NCBI GenBank assembly: GCA_963816145.1
Contig: CAWFJP010000031.1
Span: 96,001 to 160,000, forward strand
Length of the DNA stretch: 64,000 nucleotides
Direction: 5' to 3'
From: an uncultured delta proteobacterium
GTDB taxonomy: Bacteria; Desulfobacterota; Binatia; UBA9968
This document shows positions 34,059 to 44,528 of this stretch, one piece after another. The notes beneath the pieces are model-generated. The model saw nothing but the letters and a program-made list of their open reading frames with translations, searched no databases and was not told the origin of the DNA. The translations under genes were made by a program, and so were the position numbers. The first letter of the stretch is position 1. Every line of letters begins with the position of its first letter.

Positions 34059-35507
34059 TCAGTGCCGGCGACCGAGGACCCGTACGCTGAACTTCAGCTC
34101 GGGGCCCGGCGTGGGGGCGACTTTCATGCGCATCTGATAGTCGGAGGGAGCGAGCTCCATCTGCAACCGGTGAAACAGCGTCGCCATCGTGAGCGCGATC
34201 TGCACCTCCGCGATGCCCACACCGAGGCAGGTGTGCTCACCGAGACTGAAAGGGGCGAAGGCGCCGGCTTTCTTGTGCTCGTTTCGTGGCGGCGCGAAGC
34301 GCGTGATGTCGAACTTGGTCGGAATCGAATAGAACTGCTCGAGAAAGTGGGACACCGTGATGGCAATGAAGAGCGGCTCGTCCTTTTCCACCAGGTGACC
34401 GGCGAACTCGAAGTCGCGGGTGGCATTGCGCATGGCGGCCACCGCGATCGGATACATGCGCAGCGTCTCCATGATCGCGCCGTGGAACACCGGCATGGTG
34501 CGCAAAGACTCGGGGGTCACCGGGCCCGCTGCAAACACCCGGTCGACCTCGGCCAGAACCTGCTCATGCACGTCGCGATGCTTGAGAACCGCGTAGAGCA
34601 TGGCCGAGGTGGTGTTGGCCACGGTGTCGAGGCCGGCAAAATACGGCCCCAGCACCGCCATCATCAGCTCCGCCCCTTCGAACAGGGTTTCGTCCTGCTT
34701 GGCGGCTGCCATGATGTCGTCGATGAGGGTGGGCTGCTTGGTATCGACACGGCTGGGGTCGTAGCTGTCGATCATTCGCTGGCCGAGCTCGAAGATGCGC
34801 TTCTTGGCGCGCCGGTAGTCGGGCATCCGCAGCATGATGCGCGGCCGCATGTGGACCACGAGCACGTTGAGCGCATGGCGGATGAAAAGCCGCAGATCGT
34901 CGACGTACTCGCCCGGCGCGCGCCCGGCCACCATGATGCCCAGCTGCTCGGCGGCGAGATGCTGCATGGCCGGAACCACGCGCAACCTTTGCCCCGGTTG
35001 CCACTCGTCTTGCAGCATCCGATCGGTGATGTCGATGAGCTCTTGGTAGCGTCCGCTGATGGATGCGCGGCCGAAGCCGCGCTTCATCACCTTGCGGATC
35101 TTGTCGTGCATTTCACCGTCGGTATTGATCAGGTTCTTCTTGGCCCCGAATTCGTCGACGAACTCTTGCCAGAATTCCTTGGAGCGTAAATGGGTGTCGC
35201 CTTCGCGCGCGATGAAGCGATTGGCCTCCGGGCCGGCCAGGACGGTGTACGGCTTGTTGAACAAACGAATGCGGAAGATGGGGCCGGCTTCGCGGTAGCA
35301 CCTCACGAAGAAGGCCCCGGGATCGGTGCCCATCTCCCAGGCGTTGCCGATGAACGGTAGACCGCGCACGAAAGGGGGTCGCGGTGCGCGGAGCGCCGTG
35401 CTGTGCGGCGCGGTTCCTGCGGACGGCGGCGGCACTCCGCCGGGCAGGGCCACCGTCTCATTTCCCGGCGAACCCGGCAGGCTGTTGGGTGTAGTCGCGA
35501 GCTCCAT
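34059..35507 (-). CDS. cytochrome P450
   Basis: I-helix AGLDT, K-helix ETLR, heme motif FSLGEHTCLG; RBS AAGGAG. Confidence 0.96.
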   Translation of the reverse strand: MELATTPNSLPGSPGNETVALPGGVPPPSAGTAPHSTALRAPRPPFVRGLPFIGNAWEMGTDPGAFFVRCYREAGPIFRIRLFNKPYTVLAGPEANRFIAREGDTHLRSKEFWQEFVDEFGAKKNLINTDGEMHDKIRKVMKRGFGRASISGRYQELIDITDRMLQDEWQPGQRLRVVPAMQHLAAEQLGIMVAGRAPGEYVDDLRLFIRHALNVLVVHMRPRIMLRMPDYRRAKKRIFELGQRMIDSYDPSRVDTKQPTLIDDIMAAAKQDETLFEGAELMMAVLGPYFAGLDTVANTTSAMLYAVLKHRDVHEQVLAEVDRVFAAGPVTPESLRTMPVFHGAIMETLRMYPIAVAAMRNATRDFEFAGHLVEKDEPLFIAITVSHFLEQFYSIPTKFDITRFAPPRNEHKKAGAFAPFSLGEHTCLGVGIAEVQIALTMATLFHRLQMELAPSDYQMRMKVAPTPGPELKFSVRVLGRRH

Positions 35508-35512
35508 GGCAA

Positions 35513-36160
35513 TCACTTCTCCTTTGCGTAACGGGTCAGAAAAGCCTCCACCCCGTCTCTCACCAGCAGCTCCTTGCGCCGCGCAGGTGAGGGGATTCCC
35601 AGGGTGCGCGGCCAGAAGAGACCATTGATGGCGAGCCCCCAGAAATGCAGCGCTGCGGTCTCGAGATGCGGGATGCGCAAGCGGCCGCGCCGTGACTCTT
35701 CGCGCAGCAGGGGGCTTATCCCCAAGAGCTCGAAGGGATCCATCTCGGAGCGAAAAGCACGGCGCAAGGCGGGGGTGCGGATCGATTCGGCCAGGACCAC
35801 GCGAAACAGCCCCAGCGCCTCGGGGTGAAGCAGCCCGTCGAGGAGCGCAAGCGCGAGCCCCTCGAGACGCTCCGCGACCGGGGCCTCGGGATGTGCGCCT
35901 TTTTGGCTGGCCGTTTCGAGAACGCGCCCCCATAGCTCGGCAACCACTTGGTCGAAGAGTGCATCCTTGCTGGCGAAGTGGTTGTAGACCGTGCGCTTGG
36001 ATACGTGCGCGAGCTTGGCCACGTGATCCATGCTGGTGGCGTGGTAGCCCTGGTCGCAGAAGCTCCGCACGGCCGCGCGCAGCACGGCGGCGCGTTTTTT
36101 CTCGGTGCGCGTCTGGGATTCCGCGGGTGCCTGGCGCGAAGGCCGATGTCCGACGTTCAC
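35513..36160 (-). CDS. TetR/AcrR family regulator
   Basis: GYHATSMDHVAKLAHVSKRTVYNHFASKDALF. Confidence 0.95.
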   Translation of the reverse strand: MNVGHRPSRQAPAESQTRTEKKRAAVLRAAVRSFCDQGYHATSMDHVAKLAHVSKRTVYNHFASKDALFDQVVAELWGRVLETASQKGAHPEAPVAERLEGLALALLDGLLHPEALGLFRVVLAESIRTPALRRAFRSEMDPFELLGISPLLREESRRGRLRIPHLETAALHFWGLAINGLFWPRTLGIPSPARRKELLVRDGVEAFLTRYAKEK

Positions 36161-36194
36161 GGAGGGGATTGTAGCTCGGTTTGGGCTGGAAGTA

Positions 36195-36211
36195 AACTAC
36201 ACAGTGTAGTT
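36195..36211. promoter_or_regulatory. putative TetR operator
   Basis: Perfect palindrome AACTACAC-A-GTGTAGTT just upstream of tetR. Confidence 0.65.
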
Positions 36212-36269
36212 CACTAATGCTGCAGCGATTTCCCGATTCGGTGATGCACTCAACTGCCCATGGCGTGCT

Positions 36270-36748
36270 GGCGCCCAACGCGAAGCTGCGTCGTGAAATC
36301 GTTCCAAGTCCGCTAGAGCAAGCAACCGAGCCCTGATGCGATCGCGCGCACGCGCGGGGCACGCCGGCGCGCATGAGTCGGGCCAGGCTGCTCAAACGGG
36401 TCGTCGACATCGACATCGATCACTGGCCGAACTGCGGTGCTGCCTTGAAGATCATCGCCGCCATCGAAGATCCGCCGGCATTTGTCAAAATCCTCAGCCA
36501 TCTCGGTCTGCCCAACCCGCGCCCCGCCGCAGTGATTCGATTTATTCCAAACGACCTGAGCAGCCGAAAGCGCTTGCCAACGCAAGCCGACGCGGCCAAA
36601 AGGAATACTTCGCACGCCTCCGACCGGCGCATCGACCGAGTCGACCGAAGTAACAACGGGATTTTCATCAAACAGAAATTAGATTGACAGTTCCCTGGTC
36701 CGGCGATATAGCTCACCAGAAAAAAAGGTGGTTTGAATTTCCTATACG
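36270..36748 (+). mobile_element. IS91/ISCR-family transposase 3' remnant with oriIS
   Basis: HGVLAPNAKLRREIVP..ARLLKRVVDIDIDHWPNCGAALKIIAAIEDP..ILSHLGLP; oriIS-like GGTTTGAATTTCCTATACG at 36730-36748. Confidence 0.88.
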
Positions 36749-36929
36749 TCCGCCGTTGCGGGTGATCCGCGGCGCCGACGATCCCGACCAAGGTCCAGAC
36801 AATGAGATGGAAATCCGTCAGGCCGTTTCCGGCTCCCAATATCTCCGGCGCAACAACGCGGGCCGCTTCCCGTTCGCCGAAAAGCGCCAGGAGGTAAATC
36901 GCGCCATCGACGAGTTCCTCGCATCCTGA
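36749..36929 (+). pseudogene. alpha/beta hydrolase 3' fragment (paralog of 48616-49329)
   Basis: PPLRVIRGADDP..FPFAEKRQEVNRAIDEFL vs PPLLLIRGVDDP..FPFAERPAEVNRAIDEFL. Confidence 0.85.
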
Positions 36930-37028
36930 ACATGAGCGGCGTCTTTACACGAAAGTATCCTTCGTAAGGGATGAGGTTCTCCATCGGGCTGCTTTCGCAT
37001 CTTAGACGTAGAAAGAGGGCAGCTGGCA

Positions 37029-38230
37029 TGCGCACAAAGTCTCTTCTCCCACTCATTCGACGTAGCTTTTTGACGCTTTTGCTTTCCTTGGGAACGGCAT
37101 CGGCCGGCGACACTACGGATCCCGACCCGGTCGCTCTTCCGGCCGCTGCTCCATGTAACTTCATCGAATGTACGCACGAGATCCAACCGTGTGGGAGCGT
37201 TTGCGGTTGGCTACCGAACGGAACCGTTCGGTCGTTGAGTCTTGTTCCCCGGCTCGACAATTCGCTCGTTGACATTACACTGGCAAAGCAACCCGACCTT
37301 CAGGCTGCTCTTAAGGAACCGCCGAGATCCAAAGATACCGCAAACGGCAACGTACGCTTCAGTTACATGACGACAGCCGCCGAAGGAGCCGAACCGAGCG
37401 GTTCCGAAAGCATCAAGCCTAGCGCCGCAACGCCGGAACCACATTGGTCGCATTTGCCGATCTGGGGCGCGGAGGCCGAGGCAAGAGGCCATCGGATTCC
37501 GCTTCCCTTCGGAATCGGAGCCACTTTCTACGACGCGCGACAACCGGTCAACGTCAGAGACCTTAAACTAGGCGCCGGTAGTGGCGCTCCGGAGTCGTCC
37601 CCGTTCGTGAAAGTCAAGGGTCCGATTACCTCCTGGCAGCAGAACGTCTCGACCAGGATCGATGTATGGCTATTCCCATTTTTCAACATATACGGCGTTG
37701 CCGGGTACACCAGGGGAAATACCAGAGGCACCGTGACCGTTACCGGTCCGGTGCTCGGACTTTTAAATCAGGATCTACCGCTGTTTGCCGAATTCCACGG
37801 TCCGACCGTGGGCGGGGGCATGACCCTTGCCGCTGGTTTTAAGGTGACTGAGTGGCAAGACCTGCACGCTTTCATGATCGGCGACATCAACCATACGGTT
37901 ACATTCCTGTCCTTCAAAAATGAAAGCTTGATCGCGGGCACGAAGCCCCACGCGACAGTGCCCTCCATTAGAGTCGGTTTGCGCGGCGAAGTGACGAATT
38001 TCATTTCCGCGGGCATGTGGGTTGGGGGCATGTATCAGGCTATCCAGGAAGAAGTCGCGGGTTCGGTGGCCGGCCGATCGATTGAATTTATCATCAATCA
38101 GCGTGCAGCGGCTCCATGGAACACCCTGGTCGGTGGTCAGATCGAATTCGGTACACACTTCAACGTCATCGTCGAAGGAGGATTCGGACCTCGTTCGTCG
38201 ATTCTGACCAGCGCAATCTTCCGGTTCTGA
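37029..38230 (+). CDS. putative outer-membrane beta-barrel protein
   Basis: Signal peptide, LPIWG..A..RG..IPLPFGIG, RIDVWLFPFFNIYG, alternating beta strands, terminal Phe (FRF). Confidence 0.7.
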
Positions 38231-38850
38231 CCGTCCCGTCTTTCACAGATAGTTTGTCGGCCGCCGGATCGTGCGCCAAATGTGCGCGATCGGGCTGTTG
38301 TCGCATTTCAAGCCTTCCTTCGGCTGCTTGAAATGACGCCCGACGATGTCGACGAACGGTTCCCAGCTCACGACCGCGTTGGGATCGAAAGAATAAATGC
38401 AAAGATCTGGAAGGCCTGTTTATCGTAGGGAGCCCCGACGACTGCGCTGCGGAGATCGAAAAGTTCCGCGCCCGAGAGGTCGAACACCTGGTGTTTGATT
38501 TGAGACTTCAATACGACGGTTACGAAGAGAGCCTGGAACTGAGCGCTCAGGAACTGCTTGCGAGATTCCCGTAAACCGACGCTTGATATTACATGGCAAG
38601 ACTCTGAATTGGTCCACGGTCAACATTCCGCGCCACGTGAGTCTACAGTCACGGGCAAACTTCACAATGGTTCCGGCGGCTTGAGAGTGAAACATGTGGA
38701 ACGACTGGAACGGTTGGAACAAATCTTTAGCAATCAAAACGACCGTGCCCAAGCAGGCCGAATGGCCAAGGAATCTTACGGCGGCGCGGTGAGTCTAGAA
38801 AATCGAGATGTAAAAGACTGTCCCCGATAACAGACCGGGTGATGCAGAGA

Positions 38851-39057
38851 CTAAAAAATTCCTCGAAAAATTCGCAACAAAAATTCCATCGGTGTGTCGA
38901 TGATCCGATCGACGATCCCAGTCATGAGCAGCACGATCACGATCGGAAAACCGTAGCGCTCGATGCCGGCAACTTTAGACGCGAGCGGACCCGGCAGGAG
39001 ACCGACTAAAACTCGACCGCCATCCAACGGCGGCAGCGGAAGCATGTTGAATACCGC
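38851..39057 (-). pseudogene. site-2 protease (M50) C-terminal fragment
   Basis: AVFNMLPLPPLDGGRV motif; N-terminal HExxH part absent. Confidence 0.8.
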
Positions 39058-39278
39058 TTTCGGTGGGCGAACTTAGTGAATGGAAATGTTAGGTCAGCCA
39101 CGCGCATCGGGTCATTTAGAGAGAATCTGCGTCTCGCTGGTTATTCACGTGACGCACATTAGCCAAGCCTGTCCGCGGATTTATTCTCAATGTTGACAAG
39201 ACTCGGTTAGCTAATGGATAGTGAGCAAATGCAACGAAGACTACTGCCGTCCGGCACCGATCAAAGGAGTAATATGAC

Positions 39279-39911
39279 ATGGATACGATAGACCGGAACG
39301 ATGCCTACACCGTTACTTCGCTGGACGATCTCGCGAAGATTTATGCCCAGCCGTTGCCCCACATCGCCGCCAAGGAAAGCGACCACATCACCGAGGTCGG
39401 GCGCGCCTTCATCGCGGCATCGCCGTTCCTGGTGTTCGCCACTTCGAACGGGACCAGCATCGACTGTTCGCCCAAGGGCGATGCGCCGGGCTTCGTGCAG
39501 CTGCTCGACGACCGCACGCTGCTGATCCCCGACCGGCCAGGCAACAACCGCATCGACGGGATGAAGAACCTGCTCGTCAACCCGAAGGTCGGGATCATTT
39601 TCATGGTCCCGGGATCCAACGAAACCTATCGCGTGACCGGCAGTGCGACGATCAGCACGGACCCGGAGTTGCTGAAGCGATTCGAGGTGCGCGGCAAGCC
39701 GCCGCGCGTGGTCATGGTCGTCGCTGTCGACGAAGCCTTCAATCACTGTCCCAAAGCGTTCGTGCGGGCGAAGCTGTGGGATGCGCCGGCGCGGCCGAGC
39801 AGCGCGCCGAGCCACGGCGACTTCGCCGCCGCCCGCGACGGCAAGGACGCCGCCTACGCCAGGGATTATAACGAGAAATATGCCGAGCGCCTGAAGACCG
39901 AGCTTTACTGA
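39279..39911 (+). CDS. pyridoxamine 5'-phosphate oxidase-like FMN-binding protein
   Basis: DCSPKGDAPGFV, PDRPGNNRIDG, FNHCPKA. Confidence 0.93.
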   Translation: MDTIDRNDAYTVTSLDDLAKIYAQPLPHIAAKESDHITEVGRAFIAASPFLVFATSNGTSIDCSPKGDAPGFVQLLDDRTLLIPDRPGNNRIDGMKNLLVNPKVGIIFMVPGSNETYRVTGSATISTDPELLKRFEVRGKPPRVVMVVAVDEAFNHCPKAFVRAKLWDAPARPSSAPSHGDFAAARDGKDAAYARDYNEKYAERLKTELY

Positions 39912-39988
39912 CCCGGCTGCTGCATCGTTCCCGCCGATCATGAGTTAGTAGATTCAGTGTGCTTTCAGACATGGCCGGAACTCATGAA

Positions 39989-40071
39989 CTCACCACGAAG
40001 ATCACGAAGGACACGAAGTTTTCGGAGGGTTAAATCTCCGAACTTCGTGCTTTTCGTGTCCTTCGTGGTGA
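39989..40071. repeat. CACGAA-type palindromic REP-like element
   Basis: TCACCACGAAG..CACGAAGGACACGAAGT...ACTTCGTG..TTCGTGTCCTTCGTGGTGA long imperfect inverted repeat. Confidence 0.8.
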
Positions 40072-40500
40072 GCATGGGCATTTCGTCCTTGGCTACTTGT
40101 CGACATTACGGCAGGAAGCTCAGGCAAGTCTGCCACCAGTGCGACACGTGTAAGCCCAAGTTGCGGAGGAGACCTGCATGATCGCAAACGATATCCTGCT
40201 TGACGCCTTTACGCGCGTCCGCGAGTCGCTGCACCGGACCTTACTTGACCCCGATGCGCTGTGAGCTCAGAAAGTTAGACCTCATGGGAGTCCGAGACGT
40301 TATCTGGAAGGGCATACCGGACGGAAAGATGCTTGCCGCGGACATGAAAAAAATAGGCTGAATGACGACGAGGATGGATAGCAAGTTACAACACCTAGTT
40401 CTCAAGGCTGCGCATAATTCCCTAACCAGGCGTCGCCGCAACGGTGATGGCCGCAGCGCGGCGTGTGTTCAATCAGCAGATCGGACAAGGAGGAGCTGCC

Positions 40501-41256
40501 ATGTCGTTTTACGAAAGTGGCCCGGTTCGCATTCGCTATGAGGAAGCCGGTTCCGGTTTCCCGTTGTTGCTCGTCCCCGGCGGGGGATTGAACTCGACGA
40601 TCGACGGCTTGAAGCGCGGCGGGCCCTTTAACGCCATCGAGGAGTTCAAGGGAGAATACCGTGGTATTTTTTCCGACATGCGAAACGCCAATGGCGGCCA
40701 GTCTTGCGGGCCGCTCGAGATCAATCGGCCGTGGGATGCCTATACCGATGATCATATCGGTGTGATGGATCACTTGGGAATCGACAAGTTCGTGGTCATG
40801 GGCTTCTGCATCGGCGGCCCATTGATTTGGAATCTTCTGAAGCGGGCGCCTGATCGCATCGTCGCGGCGGTGCTGGCGCAGCCGAGCGGATTTCGCCCGG
40901 AGCTGCCCAACCACTCATACGATAACAACATGAACGGCTGGGGCCCGGAGTTGGTCAAGCGCCGGCCCGATATCACAATGGAAATGATCGACAAATTTCT
41001 GACCAAGATGTACCGCACCGACGCCGACTTCGTCTGGACCGTAACGCGCGATTTCGTGCGCAACTGCCGGACGCCCGTATTGATCCTGCCGGACGATACA
41101 AAGCCGCATCCGTACGCTGTCGCCATGGAGAGCGCGATGCTCGCGCCGAAGGCGGAAGTGAGCATGTTCCCGTGGAAAGAGCCGAAGGAGCGGATTCCTT
41201 TGGCGGTGCGCCAAATACGTTCCTTCCTCCGTTCGCATCGGCTCGGTGCTGTTTAG
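40501..41256 (+). CDS. alpha/beta hydrolase with Cys nucleophile motif
   Basis: GSGFPLLLVPGGG, GFCIGG, PHP; RBS GGAGGAG. Confidence 0.9.
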   Translation: MSFYESGPVRIRYEEAGSGFPLLLVPGGGLNSTIDGLKRGGPFNAIEEFKGEYRGIFSDMRNANGGQSCGPLEINRPWDAYTDDHIGVMDHLGIDKFVVMGFCIGGPLIWNLLKRAPDRIVAAVLAQPSGFRPELPNHSYDNNMNGWGPELVKRRPDITMEMIDKFLTKMYRTDADFVWTVTRDFVRNCRTPVLILPDDTKPHPYAVAMESAMLAPKAEVSMFPWKEPKERIPLAVRQIRSFLRSHRLGAV

Positions 41257-41305
41257 ACGGCGTTGTCGCTCGACAACGCCATTGATAGCCAGCGACCGCG
41301 CGCAC

Positions 41306-41539
41306 CTATGCACGTGTTGTCAGGGATCGTTCGAGTGTTTCACGGATAAGCCGGGTGTACGGAATACCGCGTGCCTTGGCCTTTGCCTTAACTGCGTCAA
41401 GCAATGGCTTGGGGACGCGCATGTTGATCTGTGCTTCTTTCTTCTCGAACTCGAATCGCACCGGTTTGAATTGCGAAAAATCGAGATTTGAAAGGTTTTG
41501 AGCGAGAAGGTCTTCTGCTTATTTATTTGTCAGCTTACG
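41306..41539 (-). pseudogene. CopG/BrnA-like RHH antitoxin remnant (not in ORF track)
   Basis: Reverse-strand translation RKLTNK*AEDLLAQNLSNLDFSQFKPVRFEFEKKEAQINMRVPKPLLDAVKAKAKARGIPYTRLIRETLE. Confidence 0.8.
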
Positions 41540-41544
41540 CGTCC

Positions 41545-41640
41545 AGTTGTAGCGCTGAAAATGAGTCGCTAAGCTTGGAAAACAGTAGATTTAAGAACGA
41601 CTGCTATTAATTTACAGTGACTTAGCTTGGTCCGACCGCG
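41545..41640 (+). mobile_element. Y1/HUH transposase C-terminal remnant + end motif GACTTAGCTTGGTCCGACC
   Basis: AENESLSLENSRF is homologous to GENEMLSSENARFW in 51100-51186, with the same end motif. Confidence 0.6.
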
Positions 41641-42298
41641 GAGCTCGGCAGTCAGCCGGGCAGCATGGTGGTTTTCGATCTGAACAGGGGTGGTCAGCCC
41701 GACGCCGCAACGGTCATCCGGAGCGGCAGCAACGCATCGGTGACACCGCGGCGATAATCCGCGTCGTTATTGCCAGGAGAACCGACTGGGTGATGCGTTA
41801 GGCCGAGCTGGGCGGAGGATGTGTAGTAGGAAAATTACTACCTTGGCGCAGTCGTGTCAGCGAAGTAAGCGCAGCTCAACTTTAGGCGGCGATGCGAACC
41901 TAAGGGTTGTTGGAAAATGATTTGTCCATAAGTGAGCCACTTCGGTAAATTCCCTCGCGTTCCTTGCGCCGAACACAGGCGCAGTCCATGCCACGCCGAA
42001 GCTCACCAGCTGCGAATGTGCACCGATGCAAAATCCGGTTCGATCTATCGCAATTATGCGAACAAAGCTGAAAGCGACATCCTGGAAAGCTAGCGGAATC
42101 ATTGTCGACACTCTTTCGGCATCCGTGTTGCTCTTCTGAATCATCTGTAGTTCGATCGTCGCTGCACGCACCCGCATCCGTTGGAGTGACACCTTCAAAA
42201 TCGGCGCCGGCGTTTCAAACCGGTTGGCCGCCAAATGTCAACAAGCCCTGCGTTGCTCAGGCTTTCGACCAAGGCGATTAACCCGGCGGAGGTTCCAA

Positions 42299-43099
42299 AT
42301 GGAAGAGCAAGCGAAGAAAAAAGTTCATATTACTTGGGAGGAGGCCGTCAGGGCGGAGGCGGAGCAAGACAAAGCGAGACAGGCGCGCTGCCGGCCCATA
42401 CCACCAAGTCAGCTGAAACTTGGCACCACGCTTTTCGTTCCCGGACATGCCCCGAAATTAATGGCTTCAGCGCTGCGTCTCTGGGACGTTGCGTCTAACC
42501 GCAGGCTTAGGACAACGACGGAAACGGCGGGAGCGCATTCTCGAATATCGGAGATTCGACACGAAGATCCGCCGGTGGAATCCCAACGCGGTCGATTCGG
42601 ACCACTCGCGGTTGGCGTAAGGGAAGAATCTCGGCGATTTGATATTAAGCGCGGCCCGACGAAATCGGCAATCGCAATAATCCTGGGGATGGTTTTAGCG
42701 GCCGGTGTCGGGACGGTGTCCTATCTGAGTGTCAAGCGGGGAGCCATTACTCAGCAACACCCAGGTCATACGTCTGAGCCGGAGTTGACGGTTGGCGGCT
42801 CAAAGGCCCAGTCCACCGCGCCTCAAATCGCTTCAACGAAGCCTGAACCCGTTCGGCCGGAAGGCCAAGAAATCGTCGCGAAAAATGGGCCGAGCTATTT
42901 GGGGGACTTTGATGTCGTCGACAACTCCTTTGTTCGCGATAAACCCGAATCAAACGCCATCATCATCGCGACCCTGCAACCCGGCACGCGGGTGAGGGTG
43001 GAAAGCAAATCGGGAGAGTATCTACATGTTCGCTCATTGAACGATGCGCAGGTTGACGGTTATGTGCATGAAGAAGACGCCTTCTTTCAGGCGCATTAA
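42299..43099 (+). CDS. membrane-anchored protein with C-terminal SH3b-like domain
   Basis: One TM (AIAIILGMVLAAGVG); VRDKPESNAIIIATLQPGTRVRV..GEYLHV..GYV. Confidence 0.7.
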   Translation: MEEQAKKKVHITWEEAVRAEAEQDKARQARCRPIPPSQLKLGTTLFVPGHAPKLMASALRLWDVASNRRLRTTTETAGAHSRISEIRHEDPPVESQRGRFGPLAVGVREESRRFDIKRGPTKSAIAIILGMVLAAGVGTVSYLSVKRGAITQQHPGHTSEPELTVGGSKAQSTAPQIASTKPEPVRPEGQEIVAKNGPSYLGDFDVVDNSFVRDKPESNAIIIATLQPGTRVRVESKSGEYLHVRSLNDAQVDGYVHEEDAFFQAH

Positions 43100-43294
43100 A
43101 GAATGAGGGTCTATCTCCGTCGGACCGACCCCGATGCTCGGCGAACCCTTAGACTGCCAGGGTAGTCGAGATGTAAAAATCAGACTATCTTGAATTTCCC
43201 TTTGGCGTGAAGCATCGATCTCGCCGGCCGCTAACTGGCGCGCGTCTCGGGTGTCAATCCATGCCCGATCGCTGTTATTGTATATACGTAATCG

Positions 43295-43582
43295 ATGTTC
43301 GACCGGGATCTGCGAAAGGCCCGGAGTAACCGGCGCAAGCACGGCGTATCGCTCGACGAGGCCGCCACGGCAGTCCTTGATCCGTACGGCATGGACGGTG
43401 AAGATTTGGATTCCTCGGCTTCCGAACTCCGCCGGTTGCGCCTAGCCAAAAGCAGCATGGGTAGAGTGCTGCTCGTAGCGGATACGATAAGGAGTAAAGA
43501 CGATGAAGAAACGACGCGGATCATCAGCGCGCGGCGCGCGAGCCGGAAAGAACGCAAGCGGTATGAAGCCGAAGACAATTGA
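43295..43582 (+). CDS. brnT: BrnT family toxin (possibly decaying)
   Basis: K..SNRRKHGVSLDEA..RIISARRASRKERKRYE; the usual Trp of FEWD is Arg here. Confidence 0.85.
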   Translation: MFDRDLRKARSNRRKHGVSLDEAATAVLDPYGMDGEDLDSSASELRRLRLAKSSMGRVLLVADTIRSKDDEETTRIISARRASRKERKRYEAEDN

Positions 43583-43796
43583 TTTTTCCGATATTCCCGA
43601 ATTGACCGACCGTCAGCTATCGTCCATGCGGCGGGTCGGCAGACCGACTATGGGTGACGAGCCGAGGAAGCTCATCGCGATTCGTTTGGACGCAAAGGTA
43701 TTGGCTTGGTTGCGCAAGACTGCCGCGAAAAAAGGGCTGCCGTATCAGTCGCTCGTGAACGAGATTTTGGCGAGTGAGATGCGCAAGGCGAGTTAG
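43563..43796 (+). CDS. brnA: BrnA family antitoxin, copy 1
   Basis: IDFSDIPEL, GRP, IAIRLD..VL, YQSLVNEIL. Confidence 0.9.
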   Translation: MKPKTIDFSDIPELTDRQLSSMRRVGRPTMGDEPRKLIAIRLDAKVLAWLRKTAAKKGLPYQSLVNEILASEMRKAS

Positions 43797-43864
43797 GACT
43801 GAGTGAGGCGAACAAAAAATATCGAGTCAAGCATCTTGACTGCTACGACACTAGACCTGACCCC
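43791..43864 (+). repeat. TA-array repeat R1
   Basis: AGTTAGGACTGAGTGAGGCGAACAAAAAATAT..GCATCTTGACTGCTACGACACTAGACCTGACCCC. Confidence 0.92.
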
Positions 43865-44006
43865 GTGCGCGATACAAGCTGAGTCCCTCGACATCAGCGT
43901 GCTCGGACGCGATATAACGAGTCTCTTTGCAGCGATTGTCGATCGTCCCGGCGATGTTGTGGCGTTGCTAGGGCAACGTCATCGCTATCGCATCGAGCAG
44001 ATCTGA
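43865..44006 (+). pseudogene. orphan gene tail (retropepsin-like LGRD motif)
   Basis: SLDISVLGRDITSLFAAIVDRPGDVVALLGQRHRYRIEQI*, starting right after R1. Confidence 0.5.
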
Positions 44007-44021
44007 TCAGACACCCTAGAT

Positions 44022-44288
44022 TTCAAAAGAGTGGAATGCGACCGGTCCCGCCGGAGGAACTTCTCGATCCAGCTTAGCGTGGTCCGACCCGCGCACGTTG
44101 GTCGGCGGTTCTGACGGATGAATGAGGCATCAGAGGACACGACGATCCGGATCGACACGTTTTTCAAAGCATTCGCGGAATTCTGGACGACCCGGCAAAT
44201 GAACTGCCACCAGCGTAACTCCGAAAAGGCGCTGCCGGCGAGGGTGAGAAAGTGGAGCGAACACAACAGGAGCGTGCCGGCAAGTTAG
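44022..44288 (+). pseudogene. higA: HigA remnant 2, interrupted by TTAGCGTGGTCCGACCC
   Basis: DNA similarity to 19160-19467 (GGAATGCGACCGGT..; AAAGGCGCTGCCGGCGAGGGTGAGAAAG). Confidence 0.8.
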
Positions 44289-44371
44289 GACTCAGCGGCG
44301 CGCATAAAAAATACAAAGCAAAGAGCTGACGCTATTGGCATCTTGACTGCCACGACTCTAGACGTGATCCC
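44283..44371 (+). repeat. TA-array repeat R2
   Basis: AGTTAGGACTCAGCGGCGCG..CTGACGCTATTGGCATCTTGACTGCCACGACTCTAGACGTGATCCC. Confidence 0.92.
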
Positions 44372-44476
44372 GCGCCTCTGAAAGGCAATTTGGTCGCGGG
44401 AGCATTCTATGTATATGAAAATAAACGTATTTCTCTCTAATGACCGAGCAAGACATCAGGACTGTCCTGAATCTGC

Positions 44477-44505
44477 TTGATACGTACGGCGATTTGCCGT
44501 ACAGT
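44477..44505 (+). promoter_or_regulatory. TA promoter with operator
   Basis: TTGATA-17-TACAGT overlapping palindrome GTACGGC-N5-GCCGTAC. Confidence 0.75.
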
Positions 44506-44528
44506 TGGCTTGGTAAAGGAGATTCGCC

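Noticed and set aside
34059-36416. 785-aa P450 fusion
   Set aside because: The N-terminal 303 aa is an off-frame read-through of tetR; the P450 starts at 35507 with its own RBS.
41660-41760. FG-GAP-like repeat remnant (DLNRGGQPDAAT)
   Set aside because: Too short and degenerate to support.
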